A stretch of DNA of 64,000 nt. Origin: Patescibacteria group bacterium. Lineage in GTDB: Bacteria; Patescibacteriota; Microgenomatia; Curtissbacterales; GWA2-41-24. The stretch is from NCBI GenBank assembly GCA_038063735.1, contig JBBTUN010000004.1:190921-254920 (forward strand), read 5' to 3'. Both the position numbers and the translations under genes were made by a program. Positions 20,910 to 30,835 of the stretch are shown piece by piece (the stretch's first letter is position 1; each line of letters starts with the position of its first letter). Below the pieces are notes generated by a model, which ran no database searches, was not told where the DNA came from, and saw only the letters and a list, made by a program, of their open reading frames with translations.

Positions 20910-21799
20910 TGGATATCTCTGTAATTATTGTTTCTTATAACACCCGGCAGTTGCTAAGCCATTGTTTAAATTCCATTGAAGAAGCAAAACAGAATCTTAA
21001 AATAGAAATTTTTGTTGTTGATAATAATTCTCACGACAAAACCACCCAAATGGTCAAAAAAGATTTTAGATTGGTCAAATTGATTGCAAACCGGGAAAAC
21101 CTGGGTTTTTCCAAAGCTAACAATATTGCCCTTAAAAAAGCCCGCGGTAAATACATTCTAATTCTTAATCCCGATACAACGATAGACAAAAACACTTTAG
21201 GAACAATGTTTAGCTATATGGAAGAAAATACAAACGTTGCTATGTCTACATGCCGGGTCCAGTTGATCAACGGACAGCTGGATGCGGATTGTAGGAGAAG
21301 ATTCCCAACACCATGGAGAGCCTTCACTCACTTCTCGAAACTTTCAAAAATATTTCCCGGCACCAAACTGTTTGATAGTTACAGGTACGGAGATATAGAC
21401 AGAAACAGTGAACACGAAATAGAAGCTTGTGTAGGCGCCTTTATGTTTATAAGGACTAAAGTCCTGGAAAAAATTGGTTATTTTGACGAAGACTACTTTT
21501 TTTACGGAGAAGATCTGGATTTGTGTTACAGATTTAAAATGGCCGGCGAAAAAATATTTTATACACCCCGCACCAAAATAATTCATTATAAAGGCGCATC
21601 ATCCGGCATCAAAAGCCATTCAAAACACCTAAGTATTGCAACGCTTAAGTCAAAACAAAAAACGCTTAGGGAATCAACAAGGGCGATGGAACTTTTTTAC
21701 AAAAAACACTATCAAAAAATTTACCCTAGACTTATTACATATCCGGTCCTACTTGGTATTAAAGCTATGGAAAAATTTCGCCTCGCAAAAGTAAAATGA
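20909..21799 (+). CDS. Glycosyltransferase family 2
   Basis: ISVIIVSYNT...VVDNNSHD...NPDT motifs. Confidence 0.7.
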   Translation: MDISVIIVSYNTRQLLSHCLNSIEEAKQNLKIEIFVVDNNSHDKTTQMVKKDFRLVKLIANRENLGFSKANNIALKKARGKYILILNPDTTIDKNTLGTMFSYMEENTNVAMSTCRVQLINGQLDADCRRRFPTPWRAFTHFSKLSKIFPGTKLFDSYRYGDIDRNSEHEIEACVGAFMFIRTKVLEKIGYFDEDYFFYGEDLDLCYRFKMAGEKIFYTPRTKIIHYKGASSGIKSHSKHLSIATLKSKQKTLRESTRAMELFYKKHYQKIYPRLITYPVLLGIKAMEKFRLAKVK

Positions 21800-22944
21800 G
21801 GATAAACAGAGTTTTTCTGCGAAAAAGCAAAGCTTTTCTGCGAATAGGCATAGATGCCAGATTTGTCGGTCCGCAAGGAACCGGGCTCGGTAAATACACA
21901 GAAAAGTTAATCGAGAATTTACAAAAGATCGACAGCAAAAATTCCTATGCTATATTTTTAAAGCAAGCCAACTGGGATCACTTAAAACTCCAAAACAAGA
22001 ACTTTAAAAAAACACTGGCAGACATCAGCTGGTATTCCCTAGAAGAACAATTAAAAATGGCAGGCATTTACAACGAGCAAAATTTAGATCTTTTGCATGT
22101 CCCCCACTTCAATGTGCCAATTCTTTACAGGAAAAAATTCATTGTCACCATTCACGATCTTATTCATCACGATTTTTCCCAGGAATCGGCTACAACCAAA
22201 AACCCGCTTATTTACAAACTTAAAAGGGGGGCATACAAATATACAATTAGAAATGCCGTAAAAAAATCACAAAAAATAATTGTCCCATCAGAATTTGTAA
22301 AAGGGCAATTGCTGACGAAGTTCGGCACAGACGAATCAAAAATTAAAGTAATTTACGAAGCCGCAGAAGAAGAGTATTTCAACCATCAGCCATCAACCAT
22401 CAGCCATCAACCATCTTTTCTATATGTAGGTAATGCATATCCGCACAAAAACCTCAACAACTTACTCGATGCTTTTAGAATACTCACCACCAACCACCAA
22501 CCACCAACCACCAAACTAATCCTGGTTTGTCCAAGAGACATTTTTTGGCAGAGATTACAAAAGGAAATAAAAAGCCGTAACTTGGAAAAAACAGTAGAAG
22601 TTAAAGGTTATTTAGACACAGGTGAACTAAGCAAACTTTTTCAAAAGGCTCAAGCGTATGTATTCCCATCTCTTTCCGAGGGTTTCGGGATTCCGGGGCT
22701 AAACGCAATGGCAGCCGGTGTGCCCGTTCTTGCGTCCAACATCCCAACGCTTCAAGAAATTTATCAAGACGCAGCCGTTTATTTCGACCCCAATGATCCA
22801 GCAGATATTGCCGACAAAATTATCACCCTGCTCAGTTCGGCAAAAATAAAAGACGAATTGGTAAAAAAAGGCTTAGCCCAAGTAAAAAAATATTCCTGGC
22901 AAAAAATGGCCGAAGAAACCCTGGCAGTTTACGAAAATAGCTAG
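21796..22944 (+). CDS. Glycosyltransferase family 4 containing two heptanucleotide tandem-repeat tracts in the inter-domain linker
   Basis: EGFGIPGLNAMAAGVPVLASNIPTL motif; repeats at 22381-22415 and 22486-22516. Confidence 0.7.
   Translation: MRINRVFLRKSKAFLRIGIDARFVGPQGTGLGKYTEKLIENLQKIDSKNSYAIFLKQANWDHLKLQNKNFKKTLADISWYSLEEQLKMAGIYNEQNLDLLHVPHFNVPILYRKKFIVTIHDLIHHDFSQESATTKNPLIYKLKRGAYKYTIRNAVKKSQKIIVPSEFVKGQLLTKFGTDESKIKVIYEAAEEEYFNHQPSTISHQPSFLYVGNAYPHKNLNNLLDAFRILTTNHQPPTTKLILVCPRDIFWQRLQKEIKSRNLEKTVEVKGYLDTGELSKLFQKAQAYVFPSLSEGFGIPGLNAMAAGVPVLASNIPTLQEIYQDAAVYFDPNDPADIADKIITLLSSAKIKDELVKKGLAQVKKYSWQKMAEETLAVYENS
22381..22516 (+). repeat. Two heptanucleotide tandem-repeat tracts inside the GT4 gene: (AACCATC/AGCCATC) x5 at 22381-22415 and (ACCAACC) x3 plus partials at 22486-22516
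   Basis: Read directly: aaccatcagccatcaaccatcagccatcaaccatc and caccaaccaccaaccaccaaccaccaaac; they encode HQPSTISHQPS and NHQPPTT. Confidence 0.7.
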
Positions 22945-25403
22945 TGCGATATAATTCCCAGGTGCCTAAACCTCCTAGTGCAACAAAGACGCAAGTTAGT
23001 AACATCTTAAATCGACCATTTGTTCGGCCTCTGCTGTTTTACTTAGCATTAAATGTCATTATTTTTCTCCCAATTTTCAAAGGTAAAATTAACCTAAATA
23101 CACACCTTCTTATAAGCAGTTATTCTGTATTCGATCAATTATTACCTTCCAAAGCAACTAGTTGGGATCAGTTTAGGTTTTTTTATCCTCAAATCAGTTA
23201 CACGCAAACACAGCTTAAAGCCTTTCAAGTACCTTATTGGAACCCTTATATTTATGCAGGTACACCTCATTTTGCTAACTTTCAAAGCGCCTTGTTTTAT
23301 CCACTAACTGTCTTTGCCCTATTTTTATCTACGTATAGTTACTGGAACTTTCTCCGCTTCACACCATACTTTTTAGGAGCCATTTTTACATACATTTACA
23401 TTAGAAATTTAAAACTGAGTAACCTTGCGGCTTTTTTTGGCGGGTTAACATTTGGATTTAGCCCTCTCATGCTGACTTGGGGCGAAGAAATTGTAATTTT
23501 GCCTCACAGTATTATTTGGCTTCCCCTGGTCTTATATTTTGTGGACAAATTTGCAGAATCTAAAAAGTTTAAGTACATATTGATACTTGCGCTTGTGCAG
23601 TCACTTCAAATTTTCTCTGGTTTCGTTCAGTCATATATTTACACGGTCATAGTGGCGGGTCTTTATTTTTTTTATCGAGCGCCAAAGAGTTTTAAAATGG
23701 TAACAGCTTTTTTCGGGAGTGTATTTCTCACCTTTGCTATCAGCGCCATTCAACTTCTTCCATCAATGCAGCTTTATATTCTTTCTGCCCGCAACGCTTA
23801 TAAACCAACAGATTTGTATCATTTCTTGCTTCCTGTATCTCAATTAATAACTTTTTTTGCACCCGACTACTTTGGAAATCCTGCAACTATGAATTCAATT
23901 GGTGGCAAAGGGGCAACGTATTACGAAGGAGTGTTTTTCTTTGGTATTGCAGCGTTAATTTTTTCACTTTATGCGATTTGGCATCATAAGAATAAGCTAA
24001 TCAGTTTCTATTTAATCACAATTATTATTACCTTGCTGCTAACTATTAATTCTTATTTTTCTAGGCTTCAATTTTCCCTGCAAATTCCATTTCTGTCGTC
24101 CACCATCCCCAATAGAGCACTTTTTATAACTACTTTTTCCTTTGCAGTCATTAGTGCATTTGGACTCGAGTTTTTTATGAAAAAAAGAAGCGCGGCAATA
24201 AAACCGGTCATAATTTTTATGACTTTTCTATACTCACTCTTTATCATTTCTCCCGCGATGTCCCTAATATTCAAGGCTCTGTATTATGCAGATAAATCAG
24301 CAAACGCCCTTATCTCTTTAAGAAATTTGGTTGTACCAATGACATTGTTTTTTATTACATCTCTTGCGCTAATTTTCTCCCAAAAAAATGACCGATTAAA
24401 AAAATTCGCGCCCTACCTCATAATAGGCCTAGCCATAATACACGTTTACCTTTTTGCGAGTAAATATTTCACTTTCACAGAGCAAAAATTTCTCTATCCA
24501 AAAATAAAGGCCCTAGAATATATCCAATCAAACCAAGGCTTATACAGAAGTTGGACAATGACCGGAGACAGACTTCTAAACAACATATTTGTGCCATACA
24601 AAATTAACTATCCAGAAGGTTACGACCCAGCAAACATAAATTCGTACCTTCAATTCACATCCTACTTTAGAGAACCAAATGAGGCCAATTTACAAAGGAC
24701 TGTCGCAGAGCTAGGAATGAGGTATAGCGTTGACCAAACCCTAGGTGACAATTCTAAATTAAGGTTATTAAACATTCTCGGAATCAAATACATTTTAGGC
24801 AACAAAAGCGCCAAAGAGGAATTTGAAAAATACAATTTTAAAACAGTTTTTGCAGACCAAGGTGATTCTGCCCTCGCAGTGTATGAAAACCCGCAAGTAT
24901 TGCCAAGAGCATACATGGTATCTTCTTATGAGAATTTTGCCATAAACAAAAAAGGGGAGGATACCTTAGATGGGCTCAAGCCGATATTTATTCGGATGAG
25001 GGCAGAGAATTTTGATTACAAGGATTCGGTAATTTTAGAAAATCAAACGCCCAACTTTAATCCGACAAAAGGTGAAGCAGTTGTTCAAATTGTTAATTAT
25101 GGGCCTACAAATATAGAAATAAGAACCAAATCACAAAACCCCAAAATCCTAATCCTTACCGATAATTATTACCCAGGCTGGAGAGTAAGCATAGACGGCA
25201 AAGAAACACAACTACTGGTCGCCAACCATACGTTTAAAGCCGTTTCTGTTTCCAAAGGGGATCACGAAATCAAATTCTATTTTAAAAACAACGTCTATAA
25301 GTTTGGAGCATATATAAGCGCCATCTCATTATTATTTACATTTTTGTTGCTGTTATTTACAGGCACTAGGAAAAATTCTGATAAAAGCATAAAACAAAAA
25401 TAG
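22944..25403 (+). CDS. YfhO-family membrane glycosyltransferase
   Basis: 819 aa; polytopic N-terminal domain, C-terminal domain with NYYPGWRVSIDGKE motif. Confidence 0.55.
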   Translation: MRYNSQVPKPPSATKTQVSNILNRPFVRPLLFYLALNVIIFLPIFKGKINLNTHLLISSYSVFDQLLPSKATSWDQFRFFYPQISYTQTQLKAFQVPYWNPYIYAGTPHFANFQSALFYPLTVFALFLSTYSYWNFLRFTPYFLGAIFTYIYIRNLKLSNLAAFFGGLTFGFSPLMLTWGEEIVILPHSIIWLPLVLYFVDKFAESKKFKYILILALVQSLQIFSGFVQSYIYTVIVAGLYFFYRAPKSFKMVTAFFGSVFLTFAISAIQLLPSMQLYILSARNAYKPTDLYHFLLPVSQLITFFAPDYFGNPATMNSIGGKGATYYEGVFFFGIAALIFSLYAIWHHKNKLISFYLITIIITLLLTINSYFSRLQFSLQIPFLSSTIPNRALFITTFSFAVISAFGLEFFMKKRSAAIKPVIIFMTFLYSLFIISPAMSLIFKALYYADKSANALISLRNLVVPMTLFFITSLALIFSQKNDRLKKFAPYLIIGLAIIHVYLFASKYFTFTEQKFLYPKIKALEYIQSNQGLYRSWTMTGDRLLNNIFVPYKINYPEGYDPANINSYLQFTSYFREPNEANLQRTVAELGMRYSVDQTLGDNSKLRLLNILGIKYILGNKSAKEEFEKYNFKTVFADQGDSALAVYENPQVLPRAYMVSSYENFAINKKGEDTLDGLKPIFIRMRAENFDYKDSVILENQTPNFNPTKGEAVVQIVNYGPTNIEIRTKSQNPKILILTDNYYPGWRVSIDGKETQLLVANHTFKAVSVSKGDHEIKFYFKNNVYKFGAYISAISLLFTFLLLLFTGTRKNSDKSIKQK

Positions 25404-25454
25404 TCGATTTTTACAAAGACAAATTAAGTAGCCGAGCTAAGTTATAATTTCCCT

Positions 25455-26546
25455 ATGAGGATTACTCTTGTTCACGATGACTTTTGCCAGATTGGCGGGG
25501 CGGAGAGGTTATTTGCAGAAATTGCCAAGATTTATCCCAATGCACCAATTTATACATCTTTAGTCAATTGGTCAAAAATTCCAAGATCAATAAGTCCAAA
25601 TCGAATCCATACTTCATTTATCCAAAAAATTCCATATGCAGCTAAACTCTATAAAATTCTACTGCCGCTTTATCCACTGGCCTTCGAAAGCTTTGATTTT
25701 TCAGGCTTTGACCTTGTAATCAGCTCAACCACTCGTTTTGCAAAGTCAATTGTCACAAAACCAAGCACCATCCATATTTCCTATGTAAACAGTGCCCCTC
25801 GATTTCTTTACAATCAGGATCAAGCAAATGAGTACCTGCCACAATCGTTAAGGTTTATTCTCAAGCCTTATTTTAATTGGTTAAAAAGATGGGATAAGAC
25901 TGCTTCATCTCGAGCAGATTTTTATGTAGCAAATTCGCAAAACATCGCTGCCCAAATAAAAAATGTTTACGGCAGGGAGGCAGGAATTGTGCACCCCGCG
26001 GTAGATACTGACTTTTTTCAAAATAGCCGTAAATCTCAGAAGTCGGGTTATTACTTGGTTGTTTCCAGGCTTGTTAAATGGAAGAAGATTGATATTGCCA
26101 TCGAAGCGTGTCAGCAGCTTGGTGTAAACCTTAAAATTGTCGGCAAGGGACCAGACACCAACCGGCTCAAAAAATTATCTGGAAATAGCATTGAATTTAT
26201 AGACAATGCTACCCGCGAAGAACTGAGGGGTCTTTATCAAAACGCAAAAGCCCTAATTGTGACTCAAGAGGAAGATTTTGGAATGGCCATGGTCGAAGCT
26301 CAAGCTTGTGGAACTAGCATTATCGCTTATGGATTTGGCGGTTCCAAAGAAATTGTTGTAGACGGAAAAACCGGCTTATTTTTTAATAAGCAAACTCCTC
26401 AATCGGCAAAAGATGCAATTAACAGGCATTCTAAGTTAAAATGGGGAAGTACCGCCTGTAGGAAGAGCGCCTTGAGATTCTCAAGAGCGACCTTCAGGAA
26501 TAATTTGACTAGTGCTGTCAGCAAATATGCCATCCCAAACCACTGA
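25455..26546 (+). CDS. Glycosyltransferase family 4
   Basis: GT-B architecture, EDFGMAMVEAQACGTSIIAYGFGG motif. Confidence 0.65.
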   Translation: MRITLVHDDFCQIGGAERLFAEIAKIYPNAPIYTSLVNWSKIPRSISPNRIHTSFIQKIPYAAKLYKILLPLYPLAFESFDFSGFDLVISSTTRFAKSIVTKPSTIHISYVNSAPRFLYNQDQANEYLPQSLRFILKPYFNWLKRWDKTASSRADFYVANSQNIAAQIKNVYGREAGIVHPAVDTDFFQNSRKSQKSGYYLVVSRLVKWKKIDIAIEACQQLGVNLKIVGKGPDTNRLKKLSGNSIEFIDNATREELRGLYQNAKALIVTQEEDFGMAMVEAQACGTSIIAYGFGGSKEIVVDGKTGLFFNKQTPQSAKDAINRHSKLKWGSTACRKSALRFSRATFRNNLTSAVSKYAIPNH

Positions 26547-27675
26547 TCTTAAAATAAAGTCGCGCAATTCGCGTTCCTCTGATTCCAGCGCGCTCAAAAT
26601 AGCCCTCTTTTGTGGAGGTACAGGCACCAGAATGTGGCCCATGAGCCGCAAGGCTTTGCCTAAACAGTTCCAACCCCTAATCGAAAATCAGTCTACCTTC
26701 GAAATGATGATAAACCGTCTTTCGTCTAAATTTGCCATGCACAACATCTTTCCGGTGACAACCCGGGACAATGTTGGTTGGATCGTAAAACTTGCGCCGG
26801 AAATCCCCCTTGAGAACATAATCATTGAGCCGGAAATGCGGGACACCGCAGCAGCGGTCGGCTTAGCAGCAGCAGTTTTAGATAAAAAGTTTAATGACCC
26901 AAGCGTTGTAAGTCTCTGGAGCGATCATGTTGTTAGAAACGAAAAGCAATTCATAGCGGCAATTGAGCTCGCCGCAAAAACGGCGCAGGAAACAGGGAAA
27001 TTCGTAAAAATCGGTGTTAGACCAACGTTTCCAAGCGTCGCTCTTGGCTACTTAAAAGTGGGCAAAATGTTAAAGCGTGAAAACGGTATGGCCATTTTTG
27101 AATACATCACCCAAATAGAAAAACCCAAGTACGAGGAAGCAAAAAATTTTACCGAGAGCTGGGAATATTTATGGCACATTGGTTATTCTGTTTGGTCGGC
27201 CGCAAAAATGCTGGACTTTTATGAAAAATATTTCAAGGAGGGGGCGAGTCCCCTAGTTAAAATCCAAAAAGCCTGGGGCACACCTGAGCAAGAAGCAGTT
27301 CTGAAGGAAGAGTACACCAAAATACCCAAAACTTCCGTAGATTTTGCAATATACTCGCACCTAACGCCGGCTGATCAGGTAGTAGTTTCTGCCGACCTTG
27401 GTTGGCGTGACGTTGGGACCTGGAACGAATTAAAGGATGAAATGGCCGCAAAGCCTCAGGACAACATTTTTCAAGGCCTGGTAATGGACATAGACCTTAA
27501 AGATTGCTTAGTATACAGCAATAAAAAGGAAAAAATCATAGCTGCAATTGGCCTTGAAGGGTTAGTAATAGTTGATACAGAAGACGCTCTTCTAATTTGC
27601 CCCAAAGACAAAACGCAAGACGTTAAAAAAGTTATTGAGAGACTAAAAGAAGAGAATAAAGAAGATTTTCTATAA
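26512..27675 (+). CDS. Sugar-1-phosphate nucleotidyltransferase, mannose-1-phosphate guanylyltransferase-like
   Basis: IALFCGGTGTRMWPMS N-terminal NTP-transferase motif; no in-frame ATG/GTG/TTG downstream of the upstream stop, so the start lies in the 20-35 nt overlap. Confidence 0.6.
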   Translation: MLSANMPSQTTDLKIKSRNSRSSDSSALKIALFCGGTGTRMWPMSRKALPKQFQPLIENQSTFEMMINRLSSKFAMHNIFPVTTRDNVGWIVKLAPEIPLENIIIEPEMRDTAAAVGLAAAVLDKKFNDPSVVSLWSDHVVRNEKQFIAAIELAAKTAQETGKFVKIGVRPTFPSVALGYLKVGKMLKRENGMAIFEYITQIEKPKYEEAKNFTESWEYLWHIGYSVWSAAKMLDFYEKYFKEGASPLVKIQKAWGTPEQEAVLKEEYTKIPKTSVDFAIYSHLTPADQVVVSADLGWRDVGTWNELKDEMAAKPQDNIFQGLVMDIDLKDCLVYSNKKEKIIAAIGLEGLVIVDTEDALLICPKDKTQDVKKVIERLKEENKEDFL

Positions 27676-27683
27676 TTCCCAAA

Positions 27684-28334
27684 ATGTTTTACGACACGGT
27701 TAAGCGCTTTATTGACATTATTGGTTCGTCCATCGCTCTCGCGATTTTTTCACCCGTAATATTACTGTTTATGGCCCTTGTAAAACTTACCTCCAGTGGT
27801 CCAATTTTTTATACACCAAAAAGGGTAGGCCGTGGTGGCAAGCTTTTTAAAATGCTTAAGTTTCGAAGTATGTATATGTACAAAATAGACGGAAAGCTGG
27901 TTCACGCTCAAAAATATTTGGACATTAACGTCAAATTGAAAAAAGAGTATCAAGAAAATAGCTTTAAGCTGCAAAATGATCCCAGAATAACCCCGATTGG
28001 CAAAATCCTACGAAGGCTCTCAATTGACGAATTACCTCAACTGATTAATGTACTTGTCGGCGACATGTCACTCGTTGGACCAAGAGCCTATCAGCAGGAT
28101 GAACTTATTCATCAACAAAAAGTCTATCCCCAAACCTCAAAATACGTTAAAATTATACTTAAGGCAAGACCGGGTGCTTCTGGTCCATGGCAAGTTTCCG
28201 GAAGGTCTTTTATAAACTTCGATTCGCGGGTTGTAATGGACGCAAAATACGTAGAAAAGCGCTCAATAATTTATGATACCTGGATTCTTATTAAAACCCC
28301 TTTTTCTATGGTTGTTGGGACTGGAGCAGTGTAA
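27684..28334 (+). CDS. Bacterial sugar transferase (polyprenyl-phosphate glycosyl-1-phosphate transferase, WbaP/PglC C-terminal type); likely pathway-initiating enzyme
   Basis: Single N-terminal TM helix plus SIDELPQLINVLVGDMSLVGPRA signature. Confidence 0.8.
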   Translation: MFYDTVKRFIDIIGSSIALAIFSPVILLFMALVKLTSSGPIFYTPKRVGRGGKLFKMLKFRSMYMYKIDGKLVHAQKYLDINVKLKKEYQENSFKLQNDPRITPIGKILRRLSIDELPQLINVLVGDMSLVGPRAYQQDELIHQQKVYPQTSKYVKIILKARPGASGPWQVSGRSFINFDSRVVMDAKYVEKRSIIYDTWILIKTPFSMVVGTGAV

Positions 28335-28342
28335 ATAAAAAT

Positions 28343-30154
28343 ATGAAAAGAAGACTAACCTCTCTTTTGTTGCTCCTTGTAGTTGTTTATGGCGTCTTAA
28401 CGGTTGTAGCCGGTATTTCTCTAAGACAAGCCGTTAAATCAACCGCGAAAGTCGCTGAAGCGGCAAAAGCGCAAGATCTGGACGGAATCAAAAAGAGTAT
28501 TGGTAATGCAAAAGGAGATTTTAGTAGAACTAAAGTCATTCTTATTGCCTTTACGCCTTTAAGAGTTATTCCTGTTTTAGGTTGGTACGTAGCCGATGCC
28601 CAAAGAGGGGCAAGCGCGGCAGTTGCAGGTCTTTCGGCGACGCAAACCTTAGCAGAAGCCGTTACGCCCTATGCCGACGTTTTGGGCTTAAAAGGCAAGG
28701 GCACGTTCCTGGGGGGAACCGCCCAGGAAAGGTTGTCAAGCGTCGTAGAAACTTTGTCAAAAGTAACTCCACAATTGGATTCTGTAGGAAAAGATTTAAC
28801 GGTTGTCAGAAAAAATGTTGACCAAATTCAATCATGGCGATACCCAAACTTTTTGCCAAAGAAACCTGGCGAGAAAATTGATAGAGCCAAAAGTGCTATA
28901 GACGAAGTAGAAACATTCATTACAGAAGCACGCCCCCTAATTGAAGTACTTCCGGAAATAATGGGTCAAAATAAGGAGAAAAAATATCTAATTTTAATCC
29001 AAAACGATAAGGAACTGCGGCCCACCGGGGGTTTTATTACGGCCTACGCAATTTTTAGAGTCAATAAGGGAAGCATTCAATCGGAAGGGTCACAGGATAT
29101 ATATCAACTTGATGCTACCTTAAAAAAGCAAATATCGGCACCGGACCCGATTAGAAAATATCTCGAAGTAAACTCCCTGCACATCAGAGACTCTAACCTT
29201 TCACCGGATTTTGTTTCATCGATGAATCTTTTTCAAAACTTGTACGCAAGCTCCAGCGCCAAAAAAGAATACGACGGCATTATAGCTGTAGATACACAAT
29301 TTGTGCTGAACCTTATTGATGTTTTGGGTCCAATTGAAGCGTTAGGTCAAAAATTCACGGCAGACAAAGTTGACGCATGTGCTTGTCCCCAAATTATTTA
29401 TGAGTTGGAAAAATATGCAGACGAACCTGTTTCTTATGAAAAAGACGACAGGAAAGGCATAATTGGAGTTTTAATGCAGCAAATTATGTCTAAAACATTT
29501 GAAGCTCCACAATCAAAATGGCCCGACATAATCAGTACCATGCTCTCCTCCCTGCAGCAAAAAAACATCCTACTTTACTTTAAGGACACCAAATCTCAAG
29601 CTGCTGTCGAAAAAGTCAACTTTGCAGGCCGAATTTACGAATACAACGGCGACTATTTAAGCATTAATGAAACAAACTTTGGCGGTGCCAAATCGAACCT
29701 GTACATAGAGGAAAAGGTAAAAATGCAAGTTAAAAAAGACAACGACCAGTTAAATAAAAAGGTCACCATCGAATACAAGTATCCAAGAAAAGGGGACAAT
29801 TGTAACTTAGAGCGCAGTGGCGGCCTGTGTCTTGCAGGTACTTACAGGGACTGGATCCGTATTTATGTACCAAAGGGTTCAAAATTGATTAAATCAAGCG
29901 GAATCGAAGTTCTGCTTACTTCAAGTGAAGAGCTGGACAAAACAGTCTTTGAAGGATTCTTAACCATTGCACCCGAAAAAACAGCAAAATTGGAGTTTGA
30001 GTACACCTCTCCTGTTAAGGTAGGTAAAGAGTACAAGTTGCTTATCCAAAAACAGCCAGGCAATCCTGGACACAGTTACGAAATAGATGCATTTGGTAAA
30101 AAGCAAAAAAGTTTCCCGCTAACTCAAGACAAAGAGCTAATCGTCAAAATTTAG
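28343..30154 (+). CDS. Membrane-anchored extracytoplasmic protein, DUF4012-like
   Basis: 603 aa, N-terminal TM; this architecture commonly follows sugar-transferase genes; assignment from memory of the family, not verifiable here. Confidence 0.35.
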   Translation: MKRRLTSLLLLLVVVYGVLTVVAGISLRQAVKSTAKVAEAAKAQDLDGIKKSIGNAKGDFSRTKVILIAFTPLRVIPVLGWYVADAQRGASAAVAGLSATQTLAEAVTPYADVLGLKGKGTFLGGTAQERLSSVVETLSKVTPQLDSVGKDLTVVRKNVDQIQSWRYPNFLPKKPGEKIDRAKSAIDEVETFITEARPLIEVLPEIMGQNKEKKYLILIQNDKELRPTGGFITAYAIFRVNKGSIQSEGSQDIYQLDATLKKQISAPDPIRKYLEVNSLHIRDSNLSPDFVSSMNLFQNLYASSSAKKEYDGIIAVDTQFVLNLIDVLGPIEALGQKFTADKVDACACPQIIYELEKYADEPVSYEKDDRKGIIGVLMQQIMSKTFEAPQSKWPDIISTMLSSLQQKNILLYFKDTKSQAAVEKVNFAGRIYEYNGDYLSINETNFGGAKSNLYIEEKVKMQVKKDNDQLNKKVTIEYKYPRKGDNCNLERSGGLCLAGTYRDWIRIYVPKGSKLIKSSGIEVLLTSSEELDKTVFEGFLTIAPEKTAKLEFEYTSPVKVGKEYKLLIQKQPGNPGHSYEIDAFGKKQKSFPLTQDKELIVKI

Positions 30155-30174
30155 TATAGTTGAAGTAAAGAGCC

Positions 30175-30804
30175 ATGAATCAAAAAGCTGAAGGAATAAT
30201 TTTGTCTCGTAGAAATTTAGGAGAAGCAGACAGAATTTTAACGATCTACACAAAAGAGTTTGGAAAAATAAGCTGTATTGCCAAAGGAGTAAGAAAGCCA
30301 ACCTCAAGAAAGTCTGGCCATGTAGAGCTTGGAAGTTGGTGCAAAATATATGTAGCACATGGCAAAAGTTTAGATATTCTAACGGAGGTGGAACTTAAAA
30401 AATCATTTGGCCACGACGACTCAACCCAAGAAAAAACCAATCGTATCTACCACATGCTGGAGCTCGTAAATTGTCTTACTGCTCAAAATCAAAAAAATTC
30501 ACAAGTCTTCTTCCTTCTAATTGAGTATTTAAAAAAACTCGCGCAAGGCGAGAGTTTCAACCTTATATCAACCGTTTTTAAACTAAAATTGCTCTCTGCG
30601 CTCGGTTTTTTCTCTTCCGTTAACCTTAAACATACACAGTCAAAATTATTGTTGGAAAAATTTGAAAGCGACAAATTTGAAGACCTTAAAAACATAAATA
30701 TTAATGAAGAAAATTATTTGAAACTTCTGGCATTTCTTGATAGCATTATTGAAAACGTTACCGAAAGAAAACTGTATACCAACAAGTTTATAATCGCTCA
30801 CTAA
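30175..30804 (+). CDS. recO: DNA repair protein RecO
   Basis: N-terminal OB-fold region AEGIILSRRNLGEADRILTIYTKEFGKISCIAKGVRK resembles RecO. Confidence 0.6.
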   Translation: MNQKAEGIILSRRNLGEADRILTIYTKEFGKISCIAKGVRKPTSRKSGHVELGSWCKIYVAHGKSLDILTEVELKKSFGHDDSTQEKTNRIYHMLELVNCLTAQNQKNSQVFFLLIEYLKKLAQGESFNLISTVFKLKLLSALGFFSSVNLKHTQSKLLLEKFESDKFEDLKNININEENYLKLLAFLDSIIENVTERKLYTNKFIIAH

Positions 30805-30835
30805 AAATCGAAAAAAGCGATTAAGCAATTTATTA

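Noticed and set aside
25404-25454. TTTACA ... TTATAAT promoter upstream of the GT4 gene at 25455
   Set aside because: The spacer between the candidate -35 and -10 hexamers is ~26 nt, incompatible with sigma70 geometry.
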